DNA of 53,331 nucleotides. It comes from Nitrospirota bacterium (GTDB lineage: Bacteria; Nitrospirota; Thermodesulfovibrionia; Thermodesulfovibrionales; Dissulfurispiraceae). The position numbers were made by a program, and so were the translations under genes. The notes under the pieces were generated by a model, which was given only the letters and a program-made list of their open reading frames with translations, did not search any database and was not told where the DNA came from. Shown here piece by piece: positions 28,087-38,322 of this stretch (positions within the stretch are counted from its first letter, which is position 1; each line of letters starts with the position of its first letter). The stretch spans positions 1-53,331 of the forward strand of contig JBBIQQ010000001.1 in assembly GCA_037442225.1 (NCBI GenBank). Reading direction: 5' to 3'.

Positions 28087-28917
28087 CTAAACTTTTTGGT
28101 AAAGAACGACCCGATTAATAACCGTCGGCCGCAATGCCCTGGTAATGTTATGCAGGCTTTCCGAGGTGCCGACAATCAGTGAGCCTCCGGGCCGCAGCGC
28201 GTCGTACATAAGCGCCAGAGCCTTCTGTTTGGCTTTTTCGTCAAAATATATCAGAACGTTCCGGCAGAATATCACGTCAACGCCGCGAATGGTTTTCACG
28301 TCTTTATCGCTCATCAGATTAATCTTCATAAAACGGACATTTGTTTTGACCGATTCAGCAAGCTTGAAATTCTGGTCCTTGTTTGTGAAATATTTTGATA
28401 GATATGCCGGAGGCACGTTTCGGACGGCATATGAGCCGTACACAGCCGCTCTCGCTGAAGCGAGCACCGACTCGCTGATGTCCGACGCGAGAATATCCTT
28501 TCGGAACCCTGCCAATTCAGGACGCTCCATGAGCATCATGGCAATAGTGTATGCTTCCTCGCCGGTTGAACTCGCCGCCGACCATATCTTGATATCACGG
28601 CGGGCGGCCTTCGTGTTTTCCTCTATGATCTTTTTCAGAAGTTCTCCGCACAGCACGTCAAACTGCTGCGGCTCGCGGAAGAAGAAGGTTTCATTGGTTG
28701 TAATCAGCTCGAAGAGTTTAATCAGCTCATTCCTGTCTCCGCCGAATTTCAGCAGATAGAGGTACTCATCATACCCCTTGAGGTTCCTTTCCTGAACACG
28801 CCGTCCAAGGCGGTTCTCCAGAAAATACTTTTTATTGTCAGGGATAAAAATACCGCTCTGCTCATAGATGAAATCGCGGAGTTGCTTAAAGACATCGTCT
28901 GCCATTGACGCTATCAT
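28087..28917 (-). CDS. cheR: Chemotaxis methyltransferase CheR
   Basis: TNETFFFREPQQF, IWSAASSTGEEAYTIAM, FCRNVLIYF. Confidence 0.95.
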   Translation of the reverse strand: MIASMADDVFKQLRDFIYEQSGIFIPDNKKYFLENRLGRRVQERNLKGYDEYLYLLKFGGDRNELIKLFELITTNETFFFREPQQFDVLCGELLKKIIEENTKAARRDIKIWSAASSTGEEAYTIAMMLMERPELAGFRKDILASDISESVLASARAAVYGSYAVRNVPPAYLSKYFTNKDQNFKLAESVKTNVRFMKINLMSDKDVKTIRGVDVIFCRNVLIYFDEKAKQKALALMYDALRPGGSLIVGTSESLHNITRALRPTVINRVVLYQKV

Positions 28918-30761
28918 AGAAAAGAAAGCACCTCCTCAATTTTTGCGCGGACATCGTCGTTCTTGTGCTCACGGTGCTGCACCAGAAGTTCATACGCCTC
29001 CGGTCCGCCAATCTCCCTGATGGCATCAAGCGCGGACATGACCACCGGAATGAAAGGATCCTCAATCACGGCGCCCAGTTTCTGCAGAGCCGTTTCAGGC
29101 TCACACGCCTTGGCGATTGCTTTGACCGTATAAAACCGGACCCATGGGTCTTCATCTTTCAGGATTGCAAACAGCACTGGAGTGCAGCAATGCGCATCGC
29201 CCATGGCGACAACGGCAATCTTGCGAATATCAGGCTCAGCGTCAGTGATAAAGGAGTTCAGCCGATCAAGCGCCTCAGATGTTGCGACACGCCCCAGACC
29301 CTTGATCGCGGCAAATTTCACATCCCTGTCCTCGTCCTCAGTCAGTTTCAGCAAAATATCGACATCATCAATGGCGCCCACCGCAATCTTGCGAACCTGA
29401 CCGCTGTATGAAGAAAGACCGTCCGCGAACTTTGCGGCATCAATTTTCAAAAGAGATTCAACGATTTTTTCGATAATGTCGGAGAATTTTTCGATGCGCA
29501 AAAGATCAAGCAACGGCTGGAACGCAACCGGCATGCCGATCTTTCCGAGCGCCTCAATGGCGCACTTTCTCACATGAGCGTCAACGTCCTTGAGTGAAGT
29601 CTCCAAAAGAGGCCCTACGCTCGACGGTTCTCCGATATCTCCCAAAGCTTCAGCAGAGGCGCGCCGCAGGTCGCGGCTCGTTGCGGAGAGGCTGTCCATG
29701 AGCATCGGCACTGCGAGTTTGCTGCCGAGATCTCCGAGGATCTCTATGGCAAACGCCTTGCCGCGGTACTTCATCTCCGGAGACGCGAGCAGTTTGAGCA
29801 GTTCAGTTTCTGAGTCTATCGAAAGCAGTGTTCTGCTGACGGCAGAGTGGCGTTCTTCAGTGTCAGGCATGGCCGGATCGAGAACGCCTACAATATCCAC
29901 AAGCAGTGGAACCGCGCTCTTCGCGTTCAGCACTTCAACCCCCCGCAGCGCAATGAACTTGTCCTCCCAGTCGCCTTCTTTCAGCATGCGAATCAGATGC
30001 TCGGTCAGACCGACCATTGCAGGGGTGATTCCAATCTGGACAATGCTCTTTACGATTGCGCTCCGTTCATCATCCGACGCGCTGAAAAGATACGACATGA
30101 GCGTTTCGCTCACTTCGGGCGTGCCGATTTTCCCGAGCGTTTCGATTGCCGAAAAACGGACGACCTCAGACGGGCTCTTAAGCAACTCCACGATAAACGG
30201 CGCGGCCTCAGTAGCTTCAAGTTCTCCAAGAGACTGAAGAGCGTAGAAACAGACCCACTCCTCATCCCTGAGCGCCTCTTCAAGTGAAGGGATAGCGCCC
30301 TCGCAGCCGAGTTCGCCAGCCGCCTTGGCAGCAGCCGCGCGGACGTTGGCGTTTTCATCTTTAAACATGGGAAGCAGGCGCTCGTACTCCACGCCTTCCT
30401 TGATATCGCACATCAGGTCAACCGCGAATTTGCGGATATCTGGATCCTTGTCTTCGAGCAGAACAGTCAAAAACGGCACCGTAACGGCACCGAGGCGGGT
30501 CAGTATGATTAACGCAGTGTTGCGCAGGTAAGTTCCTTCCCGCAACAGCGGCAATACCATATACGCGGTCACCTCTCCGCCCACCGCGATGAGAGAACGC
30601 ATTGCGGCATCCTGAACTCCAGCGCTGGGATCGCTCAGGGACTTGATCAGCGGATATATGGCTCGTTCGTCTCCCTCTGCGAGTTGTTCTGCCGCCTGAC
30701 GCCGGACAGAAGGATCCTGTGCCTGCAGCTTCTGTATGACTTTTGGTAGATTTTTGAGCAT
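28914..30761 (-). CDS. 615-aa HEAT-repeat (PBS-lyase HEAT-like) protein, translationally coupled to cheR
   Basis: Repeated ...D.D..VR..A..ALG.IG...A...L units along the whole length. Its stop overlaps the cheR start by 4 nt. Confidence 0.8.
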   Translation of the reverse strand: MLKNLPKVIQKLQAQDPSVRRQAAEQLAEGDERAIYPLIKSLSDPSAGVQDAAMRSLIAVGGEVTAYMVLPLLREGTYLRNTALIILTRLGAVTVPFLTVLLEDKDPDIRKFAVDLMCDIKEGVEYERLLPMFKDENANVRAAAAKAAGELGCEGAIPSLEEALRDEEWVCFYALQSLGELEATEAAPFIVELLKSPSEVVRFSAIETLGKIGTPEVSETLMSYLFSASDDERSAIVKSIVQIGITPAMVGLTEHLIRMLKEGDWEDKFIALRGVEVLNAKSAVPLLVDIVGVLDPAMPDTEERHSAVSRTLLSIDSETELLKLLASPEMKYRGKAFAIEILGDLGSKLAVPMLMDSLSATSRDLRRASAEALGDIGEPSSVGPLLETSLKDVDAHVRKCAIEALGKIGMPVAFQPLLDLLRIEKFSDIIEKIVESLLKIDAAKFADGLSSYSGQVRKIAVGAIDDVDILLKLTEDEDRDVKFAAIKGLGRVATSEALDRLNSFITDAEPDIRKIAVVAMGDAHCCTPVLFAILKDEDPWVRFYTVKAIAKACEPETALQKLGAVIEDPFIPVVMSALDAIREIGGPEAYELLVQHREHKNDDVRAKIEEVLSFL

Positions 30762-30827
30762 CTCCCCCCCCTCGGTTAATGCTTAACGTAATAATTATAG
30801 CTAATATTTTTAAAAATAACACAAAGA

Positions 30828-31550
30828 TCAGCCGCGAAATGCGTCAAGATGGTTCCGGAGCTTAATCAGCGCCTTGCCGTGCAGCTGGCAGACCCGTGAT
30901 TCGGTAATCCCAAGAACAGCTCCGATTTCCTTCATGGTGAGTTCTTCATAATAATACAAAGTCAGAACGGTACGTTCCTTATCAGGCAGTTCCTCTATGG
31001 CATTGCCGAGTGCTTTTTTGACTTCTTTCAGGCTCAGACGTTCAATCATGTCCGGCTCATCCCGGTCCGCCAGACACTGAAGAATGTCAAGATGCTCTCC
31101 ATCCTGATTCACGCCGAGAGATTCCAGGCTGATCATATTCAGGGCGTTCGCGGTGGACTGAGTCTTGTGAAGTTCCTGCAACGAAATATCGAGACGACCG
31201 GCAACTTCCTCATCGGTCGGAGGCCGTTCAAGCTTGTTCTGCAGGTCATCATAGGCACGCCGAACATCATCGAGCTTGCGGCGTGCGTCCTTGGACGCCC
31301 ACTGCATCGAGCGTATTTCATCAATCATCGCTCCGCGGATGCGAAAATCAGCAAAGGTGCTCAGCGAAGCGTTCATGGCGGGGTTAAAGCGCTCTATCGC
31401 TTCAAGAAGTCCAACGATGCCGGCTGAAACGAGGTCTTCGCTGCTCAGACCAGCAGGCAGCGCAAAGGAATATTTTCCGGCGTAATATTTTATGCGCGGA
31501 AGAAATTGGCGGACCAGGTCGTTCTTCTGCTCCTGCGTAAGTGTCCACAC
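30828..31550 (-). CDS. fliA: Flagellar sigma factor sigma28
   Basis: Sigma70 region 2 (GLLEAIERFNP) and region 4 HTH (LTMKEIGAVLGITESRVCQLH). GTG start. Confidence 0.9.
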   Translation of the reverse strand: MWTLTQEQKNDLVRQFLPRIKYYAGKYSFALPAGLSSEDLVSAGIVGLLEAIERFNPAMNASLSTFADFRIRGAMIDEIRSMQWASKDARRKLDDVRRAYDDLQNKLERPPTDEEVAGRLDISLQELHKTQSTANALNMISLESLGVNQDGEHLDILQCLADRDEPDMIERLSLKEVKKALGNAIEELPDKERTVLTLYYYEELTMKEIGAVLGITESRVCQLHGKALIKLRNHLDAFRG

Positions 31551-31580
31551 ATCAACTGTCTACCATAGGTCGCCTGCAGT

Positions 31581-32396
31581 TCATCCGACGCGCAGCGCGC
31601 GCCGCAGAAAGAACTGCAGGGTTCCGCCGGTATCTCCCAACGGCTGATCAATCAGGCGTTTTGCAATCTGCCCGAGCTTCTTTGCAAACAGACTGTTCGG
31701 ATGCATGACAATATGGCTCTTCTGTGCGATAATTGAGTCTTTCACATTCTGATCATAGAGCAGATAGCCGAGATAATCGATAGATTGATTCAAAAACTTG
31801 TCGGCCACCAGCGACAGCTTGCTGTATGTGTCGAATGCCTCCTTTTCCGACCGCGCCGTATTGACAATGAGCCGGAAATGGCGCATGCGGAAATCATTTT
31901 TCAGCACCTTGATAAGCGCGTAGGCATCAGCAATGGAGGTCGGCTCCGGTGTTGCAATAACAACAACCTCCTGAGCGGCGCTGCAGAAAAACAGGACGTT
32001 ATCCGAAATGCCGGCTCCCGTGTCTATTAGAAAAACGTCAAACTCAATATCAAAGTCTTCCAGTTCGGTCACCAGTTGCAGCCGCTGTTCGACTGAAAGA
32101 CTCGTCAAATCACGAACTCCGGAACCGGCAGGAATAATACTGATGCCGAGCGGTCCGCTCACGACAATATCCTTCAGCCGCTTCTGCCCTGCCAGCACGT
32201 GGCGCAGATTAAACTTCGGCGTAATGCCGAGCATGACATCGATATTGCTTAATCCGACATCGGCATCCATGACCAGCACTTTTTTATTGATGCTGGCATA
32301 GAAGAGCGCGAGATTTGCGACAAAGTTGGTTTTACCGACGCCTCCTTTGCCGCTGGATACCGCAATGATTCTCGGATGTTCAGTTGGCACAGGCAC
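31581..32396 (-). CDS. flhG: MinD/ParA-type ATPase FlhG
   Basis: Deviant Walker A SSGKGGVGKT, position between flhF and fliA, C-terminal amphipathic LQFFLRRALRV. Confidence 0.85.
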   Translation of the reverse strand: MPVPTEHPRIIAVSSGKGGVGKTNFVANLALFYASINKKVLVMDADVGLSNIDVMLGITPKFNLRHVLAGQKRLKDIVVSGPLGISIIPAGSGVRDLTSLSVEQRLQLVTELEDFDIEFDVFLIDTGAGISDNVLFFCSAAQEVVVIATPEPTSIADAYALIKVLKNDFRMRHFRLIVNTARSEKEAFDTYSKLSLVADKFLNQSIDYLGYLLYDQNVKDSIIAQKSHIVMHPNSLFAKKLGQIAKRLIDQPLGDTGGTLQFFLRRALRVG

Positions 32397-33417
32397 CTCC
32401 TGCTATGAGACTCGCAACAAAGTCCGGAGACGGCATCCGGATATCATCAGGCACAGACGGACCGTTGGTAACAAATGAGACCGGACGACTGCTGAGCAGG
32501 GCAAGATTATAGAGCGAACCATATTGGGCGGCGATATCGAGTTTGGGGAACCCGATGGTATCTATCAGCCCGGCATTGATATTCTGCCATATGCGCTCCG
32601 CCGCCTGCGCATTCATGGCCGCATCCATCAATAAACAGCGAGTCAGGGGGAATCCGGATGAAAAGACATCCTCAATATCGCGGAGCAACTCCCTGTAGTT
32701 ATATCCGGGAGTGTCAACGAGGACCGGGCCCCGTTCAATGTCCCGGTAAACCATCCTTGGAAGATCGCTCACCCTTTTCGTCACCTTCAGATCGCATCTG
32801 AGTTCCTGCGAAAGCTCCTTCATATGGGCAAATGAGCCGATGCGCTCAGAGTCGAGCGAGATGAGGCTCAGCCGTTTATGCTTCTGACGAAGCAGGTGGG
32901 CAACTTTGGAAAGCGTAGTGGTTTTGCCTACCCCCGGGGCGCCAAGGAAAAGAAATCCCCGTTCATCCGGCGCTGAAAAACATTGCACCTTCACATCCTG
33001 AGCAATGGCGGACTTCAGGCTCTCGACCGTTTCGTTCGATCGTTCCAGCAGAACAACAGCGAACTGCGGATCGACGCCATGCCTGATCAGAAGGTTGAAG
33101 AGGCCTTTCTTGTTTCCGCCGACACGGAGACCCGGCATGAGAGAAGAGAGTGTCTCCTTCAGATATCCCATCTCTTCGCGCATGCTGCGCAACTCGCCGA
33201 TCAGTTCTTCCATCTCGGCAGAAGACGAGCGACCTGATTCATCATCTCCCGGATCATCGACGGCGGCCGTGACTTCCACCATCGGTTTTTGGAGAAGGCC
33301 GAACCCCGCGTTTTTCATGCTTCTGCTCGACAGAATCATTGCATGATCACCGAGTTCCTGCTTGACCTGTTCAAGGGCTTCCTTGAAACTGCGCCCCGTA
33401 AATTTCCTGATCATCAT
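32380..33417 (-). CDS. flhF: SRP-type GTPase FlhF
   Basis: GAPGVGKTTT, VDTPG; N-terminal MIRKFTGRSFKEALEQVKQELG. Confidence 0.9.
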   Translation of the reverse strand: MMIRKFTGRSFKEALEQVKQELGDHAMILSSRSMKNAGFGLLQKPMVEVTAAVDDPGDDESGRSSSAEMEELIGELRSMREEMGYLKETLSSLMPGLRVGGNKKGLFNLLIRHGVDPQFAVVLLERSNETVESLKSAIAQDVKVQCFSAPDERGFLFLGAPGVGKTTTLSKVAHLLRQKHKRLSLISLDSERIGSFAHMKELSQELRCDLKVTKRVSDLPRMVYRDIERGPVLVDTPGYNYRELLRDIEDVFSSGFPLTRCLLMDAAMNAQAAERIWQNINAGLIDTIGFPKLDIAAQYGSLYNLALLSSRPVSFVTNGPSVPDDIRMPSPDFVASLIAGGACAN

Positions 33418-33451
33418 ACAGACGTCCTCCTCCGCATCCGCCTTGCCTTCA

Positions 33452-35512
33452 TTAATCCAGTCGTATCGTTCCGAGCGAAAGAATCTTCGTATTCGGTGAT
33501 ATTTCGCTGTTTGAAATTACCATAATACTATTGGAAATACGCTCAGTCAGCCGCTTTACAAAACGCCGTATCGTCTGGGAACAAAGCAGAACCGGCTGAT
33601 AGCCGCGGGCCATTCCATCTTCAAAATTCTTCTTGATGCGCTCTGCAAGGCGGTCCGCCGTCATGGGATCAAGAGACAAATACGTCATTCCCTGCGGCGT
33701 TGCCTGTATCGATTCCACAATCAGCCGCTCAATTTTCGGGTCCATCAGCAGCACCGATACGGAACCGTCATAATTCTGCACCTGCCGGGTAATACTGCGC
33801 GCAAGGGCCTGCCGAACATACTCGGTGAGCACTTCAGGATCTTTCGTAACCGCGGCATAATCGGAAAGCGATTCCAGAATGGATTGCAGATCGCGAATGG
33901 AGACACGCTCTTTGAGCAGATTCTGCAAAACTCTCTGCACAACACTGAGGGTCAAAACAGCCGGCACCAAATCGTCAACCACCTTAGGATGCGTTTTGGT
34001 GAGGTTGTCGAGCAATCGCTGCACATCCTGCTTTCCTAGCAGCTCAGCCGCATTCCCCTTGAAAATCTCCGACAGATGCGTGGTAATGACGGATGGAACA
34101 TCAACCACCGTATATCCTGCAACTTGGGCGCGCTCGACATCTTTTTCATCGACCCAGATCGCATCGAGCCCGAACGCAGGGTCTTTGGAGCGGATTCCAT
34201 CAATCTGCTCGGTTTCAGTTCCAGGAGTAATGGCAAGGTGCCTGTTCAGGATAACCTCGCCTGACGCCACCTCGACTCCCTTGATAAGAACAGAGTAGCC
34301 GGTCGGCTTCAGCGTGAGGTTGTCCTTGATATGCACCGGCGGAACAATGAACCCCATTTCGGTGACCATCTGCTTCCGGATTGCCTTAATGCGCGCAAGC
34401 AGCGGGCCTCCTTCTTCCACCAGCGGAATAAGGCCGTATCCGATCTCAAGAGACATCGGGTCTATCGGCAACAGCGACTCTAGCGTCTCTGCCGGCTTTG
34501 CGGGCTCAGCAGCTCCGGGTCCGACAGCGAGCCTTCCAAGAGCTTCTTTCTGCTCCGCGCGGGACAGATAATAGGCTGCGGTTCCTGCGATTGCCGCAAG
34601 CGTCAGGAACGGAAGGTGGGGCAGACCGGGAATCAGCCCGAGCAGCCCGAGAATTCCGGCCGCCGTGCCGAGGGTTTTCGGATTGACCACAACCTGCCTC
34701 ACGATGTCCTCGCCGAGGTTCGCGTCCGAAGCGGCCCGGGTCATGATGAGACCCGACGCCGTGGAGACAATCAGCGCGGGGATCTGCGCGACCAGTCCTT
34801 CACCAACCGTCAGAATTGTGTATGTGGTAACAGCATCACTCATGGACATGCCCTTCTGCAGCACACCTATCATGAATCCGCCAACAATGTTCACCACCAT
34901 GATGAGTATCGCCGCAATGGCATCACCGCGGACAAACTTGCTCGCGCCATCCATCGCGCCGTAAAAATCGGCTTCACGGTTAATTTCCAGTCGCCGGCGT
35001 CTGGCTTCCTTGTCATCGATAAGCCCTGCGTTCAGGTCGGCGTCTATGCTCATCTGCTTGCCAGGCATTGCGTCGAGGGTAAAGCGGGCTGATACTTCGG
35101 CAATCCGGCCCGCGCCTTTTGTGATAACAACAAAGTTAATGACGACAAGAATCAGAAATACAATAAACCCGACGATAAAATTACCGCCAATGACAAACTC
35201 GCCGAAGGCCTTGATGACCTTTCCAGCGGCATCGGTTCCCGTGTCGCCATGCATCAGGATAAGGCGCGTTGCAGCGATATTCAGCGACAGGCGAAGAAGT
35301 GTCGCTATGAGCAGAATCGACGGGAATACAGAAAAATCAAGCGGTTTCTTGGTGTACATCGAAACCAGTATTACAACAATCGAAAGAGTAATGCTGAACG
35401 ACAGCGCCAAGTCGAGCAGAAACGGCGGCATGGGAACAATCATAAAAATGAGAATTATGACGATGCCGACGGCAAGAACTAGGTCACTCTGTCTCAACAG
35501 ACGCTGTATCAT
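33452..35512 (-). CDS. flhA: Export-gate protein FlhA
   Basis: 686 aa, FHIPEP-family TM domain plus cytoplasmic domain. Confidence 0.95.
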   Translation of the reverse strand: MIQRLLRQSDLVLAVGIVIILIFMIVPMPPFLLDLALSFSITLSIVVILVSMYTKKPLDFSVFPSILLIATLLRLSLNIAATRLILMHGDTGTDAAGKVIKAFGEFVIGGNFIVGFIVFLILVVINFVVITKGAGRIAEVSARFTLDAMPGKQMSIDADLNAGLIDDKEARRRRLEINREADFYGAMDGASKFVRGDAIAAILIMVVNIVGGFMIGVLQKGMSMSDAVTTYTILTVGEGLVAQIPALIVSTASGLIMTRAASDANLGEDIVRQVVVNPKTLGTAAGILGLLGLIPGLPHLPFLTLAAIAGTAAYYLSRAEQKEALGRLAVGPGAAEPAKPAETLESLLPIDPMSLEIGYGLIPLVEEGGPLLARIKAIRKQMVTEMGFIVPPVHIKDNLTLKPTGYSVLIKGVEVASGEVILNRHLAITPGTETEQIDGIRSKDPAFGLDAIWVDEKDVERAQVAGYTVVDVPSVITTHLSEIFKGNAAELLGKQDVQRLLDNLTKTHPKVVDDLVPAVLTLSVVQRVLQNLLKERVSIRDLQSILESLSDYAAVTKDPEVLTEYVRQALARSITRQVQNYDGSVSVLLMDPKIERLIVESIQATPQGMTYLSLDPMTADRLAERIKKNFEDGMARGYQPVLLCSQTIRRFVKRLTERISNSIMVISNSEISPNTKILSLGTIRLD

Positions 35513-35515
35513 AAA

Positions 35516-36583
35516 TTAAGAACGAACTCCTTTCCCTTTCAGCTTGTATACGTTTGCGAGGATTGCCGCAACAGCCTTGTAAAACACCTCGGGAATCTCT
35601 TCCCCTATTTGCAGCTTAAATAGAGACCTGGCAAGCGGCTTGTCCTCAAACTGCGGGACTCCGCTTGTCCGGGCGATTTCTTTAATCTTCTCTGCGATAA
35701 GGTTCTGTCCTTTCGCTACCACTTTCGGAGCGCTCATCCCTTGAGAATCGTACTTCAGGCAGATGGCGAAATGTGTCGGATTCGTAATGACAACATCCGC
35801 CTTCGGCACTTCCTGCATCATCCGCTTTCGCGCCATTTCACGCTGAAGGCTTCTGATCCTGGCTTTCACCAGCGGAGATCCCTCTATTTCCTTGTGCTCG
35901 TCCTTGATTTCCTGGCGCGTCATCTTGAGGTTTCTGCCAAAATGCCACCGCTGATAGGCAAAGTCAGCAGCAGCGAACAGAGTGATTACCACGCCAGATA
36001 TCAGAAAAAGCCGGTATATCTGATGAAAAGAAAATGACTGCGCTGCGTGTATATTCATGTCCACCATAAGCGGCAGCATACCAATCTGATCCTTTAGAAT
36101 CAAATACAGCACCACTCCGAGAACGGTTATTTTCAGGACTCCCTTGAGCGCTTCGACAACCATATTGAGACTGAAATACCGCTTGATTCCCTGAAGCGGA
36201 TTCACGCGCGAAAACTGCGGCGACAACGGGGCTGCTGAAAAAAGAAACCCTGTCTGGAGAAAATGCACCGCAGCCGTCACCAGCATCATGCCTCCGAACA
36301 GCGGGAACATAAGCAAGCCGAACTGTATGCCGTCCGCTTTCATAACCTCGACAATAGAACTCTCCGTAATGGTAAATTCAAAACTTCTGCTCAGCCCTGT
36401 ACGCATATAATTCAGCAAGGCATTCAGAACAGCACCGCCGAAAAACAGATAGAGAAACACCGACCACATGGGAATGATGGACGTAATTTCCCTGCTGCGG
36501 GGAACTTCACCCTTATCCCGCGCCTTCTGGCGTTTGCGGGGTGTCGCTTGTTCCGTGCGTTCCTGAAAGGATTCTTCAGCCAT
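35516..36583 (-). CDS. flhB: Export-switch protein FlhB
   Basis: QERTEQATPRKRQKARDKG, autocleavage NPTH (VITNPTHFA). Confidence 0.95.
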   Translation of the reverse strand: MAEESFQERTEQATPRKRQKARDKGEVPRSREITSIIPMWSVFLYLFFGGAVLNALLNYMRTGLSRSFEFTITESSIVEVMKADGIQFGLLMFPLFGGMMLVTAAVHFLQTGFLFSAAPLSPQFSRVNPLQGIKRYFSLNMVVEALKGVLKITVLGVVLYLILKDQIGMLPLMVDMNIHAAQSFSFHQIYRLFLISGVVITLFAAADFAYQRWHFGRNLKMTRQEIKDEHKEIEGSPLVKARIRSLQREMARKRMMQEVPKADVVITNPTHFAICLKYDSQGMSAPKVVAKGQNLIAEKIKEIARTSGVPQFEDKPLARSLFKLQIGEEIPEVFYKAVAAILANVYKLKGKGVRS

Positions 36584-36586
36584 GCC

Positions 36587-37324
36587 TTACCTCGTGAACG
36601 CCATAACGGCATCCCGCATGTGTTCAAACGCCTTGGAAAGCACAAAGAAGGTAAGGCTCAGTGATAAGGCTATGCTTACCAATCCGGAGGTAATGAGGAG
36701 CGGAAAGCTCACAAAAAAGATATTCGCCTGCGGCATCGCCTTGGTGAGGAACCCCATGCCGAGATTAATCAGCACCTGAATGAGAAATATCGGCGCGGCA
36801 ATCTTGAACGCCAGTGGGAACATGAAGGAGTTTAGCTTCAGCACCGCGTCGAACATTCCCTGATACTGAATCGAGGTGATGGCAAAGCTTCTCGCAATCC
36901 CTTCGATAAAAAAGAAGTGCATATCGAGCACAAAAAAGAGCCCCATGGCCAACATTGAATAAAAAAGGCTGAGCGGTCCGAGCACTTCGCCGAACTGCGG
37001 ATTAAATACCGCCGCCACACTAAGACCCATTTGAATGCTGATCCATTGCGCAGCCATCTCGGCTGCCCCGAGTATCAGCCGTGCGCAGAGGCCGATTGCC
37101 AATCCGATGAAAAACGACTCAAACACGGCGGCTGCCGGATTGGCAGACTGAATCTGCACAATCGGGAGCAGCAGAAGCGTCAGTGCAAGCGACAACCCAA
37201 TGCGCATAAATACCGGAGTCATGCGCGCTCCGAGAAATGGAATAAACGCAAGAATCGTCGCCACCCGGATAAAAATGGGGACGAATTTCTCACCGTATGT
37301 CAAAATCAGATTATAGAGTTCCAT
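36587..37324 (-). CDS. fliR: Export-gate protein FliR
   Basis: 245-aa polytopic membrane protein between fliQ and flhB. Confidence 0.9.
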   Translation of the reverse strand: MELYNLILTYGEKFVPIFIRVATILAFIPFLGARMTPVFMRIGLSLALTLLLLPIVQIQSANPAAAVFESFFIGLAIGLCARLILGAAEMAAQWISIQMGLSVAAVFNPQFGEVLGPLSLFYSMLAMGLFFVLDMHFFFIEGIARSFAITSIQYQGMFDAVLKLNSFMFPLAFKIAAPIFLIQVLINLGMGFLTKAMPQANIFFVSFPLLITSGLVSIALSLSLTFFVLSKAFEHMRDAVMAFTR

Positions 37325-37327
37325 ACC

Positions 37328-37597
37328 TTACCGCACATACAGCGGGATGCTCTCATACAGCCCCCGCGTGAAACCGACCATCACCTTGACAATAAACGGC
37401 AGCATCAGCAGAATCGTCAGCAGCACCGCTACAATCTTCGGCACAAACGTCATGGTCATCTCCTGCAGTTGAGTGACCGCCTGAAAGAGGCTGATCAGCA
37501 CCCCGACAACGAGACTCACCAGGAGGATCGGTCCTCCGACAAAAAGCATCGTTTCAAATGTCTGGCGTGAAACCTGATTCAATACCTCGACCGTCAT
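37328..37597 (-). CDS. fliQ: Export-gate protein FliQ (89 aa)
   Basis: GPILLVSLVVGVLISLFQAVTQLQEMTMTFVPKI. ATG 37597 overlaps the fliP stop. Confidence 0.9.
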   Translation of the reverse strand: MTVEVLNQVSRQTFETMLFVGGPILLVSLVVGVLISLFQAVTQLQEMTMTFVPKIVAVLLTILLMLPFIVKVMVGFTRGLYESIPLYVR

Positions 37598-38322
37598 CGA
37601 TACCCCGCAACCAGCGATCCGACCAGAAGCCCCCATCCGTCAACAAGCACAAAGAGCAGAAGCTTGAACGGCATCGACACCATGACCGGCGGCAGCATCA
37701 TCATGCCCATGGAAAGGAGGATGCTCGCAACAACAATATCTATCACCAGAAAAGGCAAAAAAATGAGGAACCCTATCTCGAACGCCTTTTTCAGTTCGCC
37801 GATCGAAAACGCCGGGACAACCACCCGCAACGGCAGATCCATCGGCTTTGCAGGCCGTTCCATCTTGGACATCTTGAGAAACAGCGCCAGATCTTTTTCA
37901 CGGGTCTGTCTCAGCATGAATTCCTTCAGCGGTTCTGACGCGCGGCTCAACGCTTCTTCCGCGTTGATCTCCTTGTTCGCGTATGGAGCATACGCCTTTG
38001 CATAAATGGCATCGACAACCGGCGACATGACAAAAAGTGTAATAAAAAGCGCGAGGCCTATGACCACCTGCGTCGGCGGAACTTGTGGAGTTCCCAGCGC
38101 CTGCCGCAAAAAAGACAACACTACAACAATTCTCGTAAAGCAGGTCATCATGACAAGAACTGCCGGAAGAAGTGACAGGAGTGTCAGGAACGCCAAAAGC
38201 TCCAGCGGACCGCTTAAACCGAACAAGCTGCCTGTCCCGGGAGCCGCTGCCTGCGGCGCGGCAGCAAAAACCGCATCCGCAAACAATAAGAGCGCGGCAA
38301 GTATGGCAAGCGCAAGCGCCAT
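37594..38322 (-). CDS. fliP: Export-gate protein FliP
   Basis: FTRIVVVLSFLRQALGT...AFEIGFLIFLPFLVIDIVVASILLSMGMMMLPP. Confidence 0.95.
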   Translation of the reverse strand: MALALAILAALLLFADAVFAAAPQAAAPGTGSLFGLSGPLELLAFLTLLSLLPAVLVMMTCFTRIVVVLSFLRQALGTPQVPPTQVVIGLALFITLFVMSPVVDAIYAKAYAPYANKEINAEEALSRASEPLKEFMLRQTREKDLALFLKMSKMERPAKPMDLPLRVVVPAFSIGELKKAFEIGFLIFLPFLVIDIVVASILLSMGMMMLPPVMVSMPFKLLLFVLVDGWGLLVGSLVAGYR

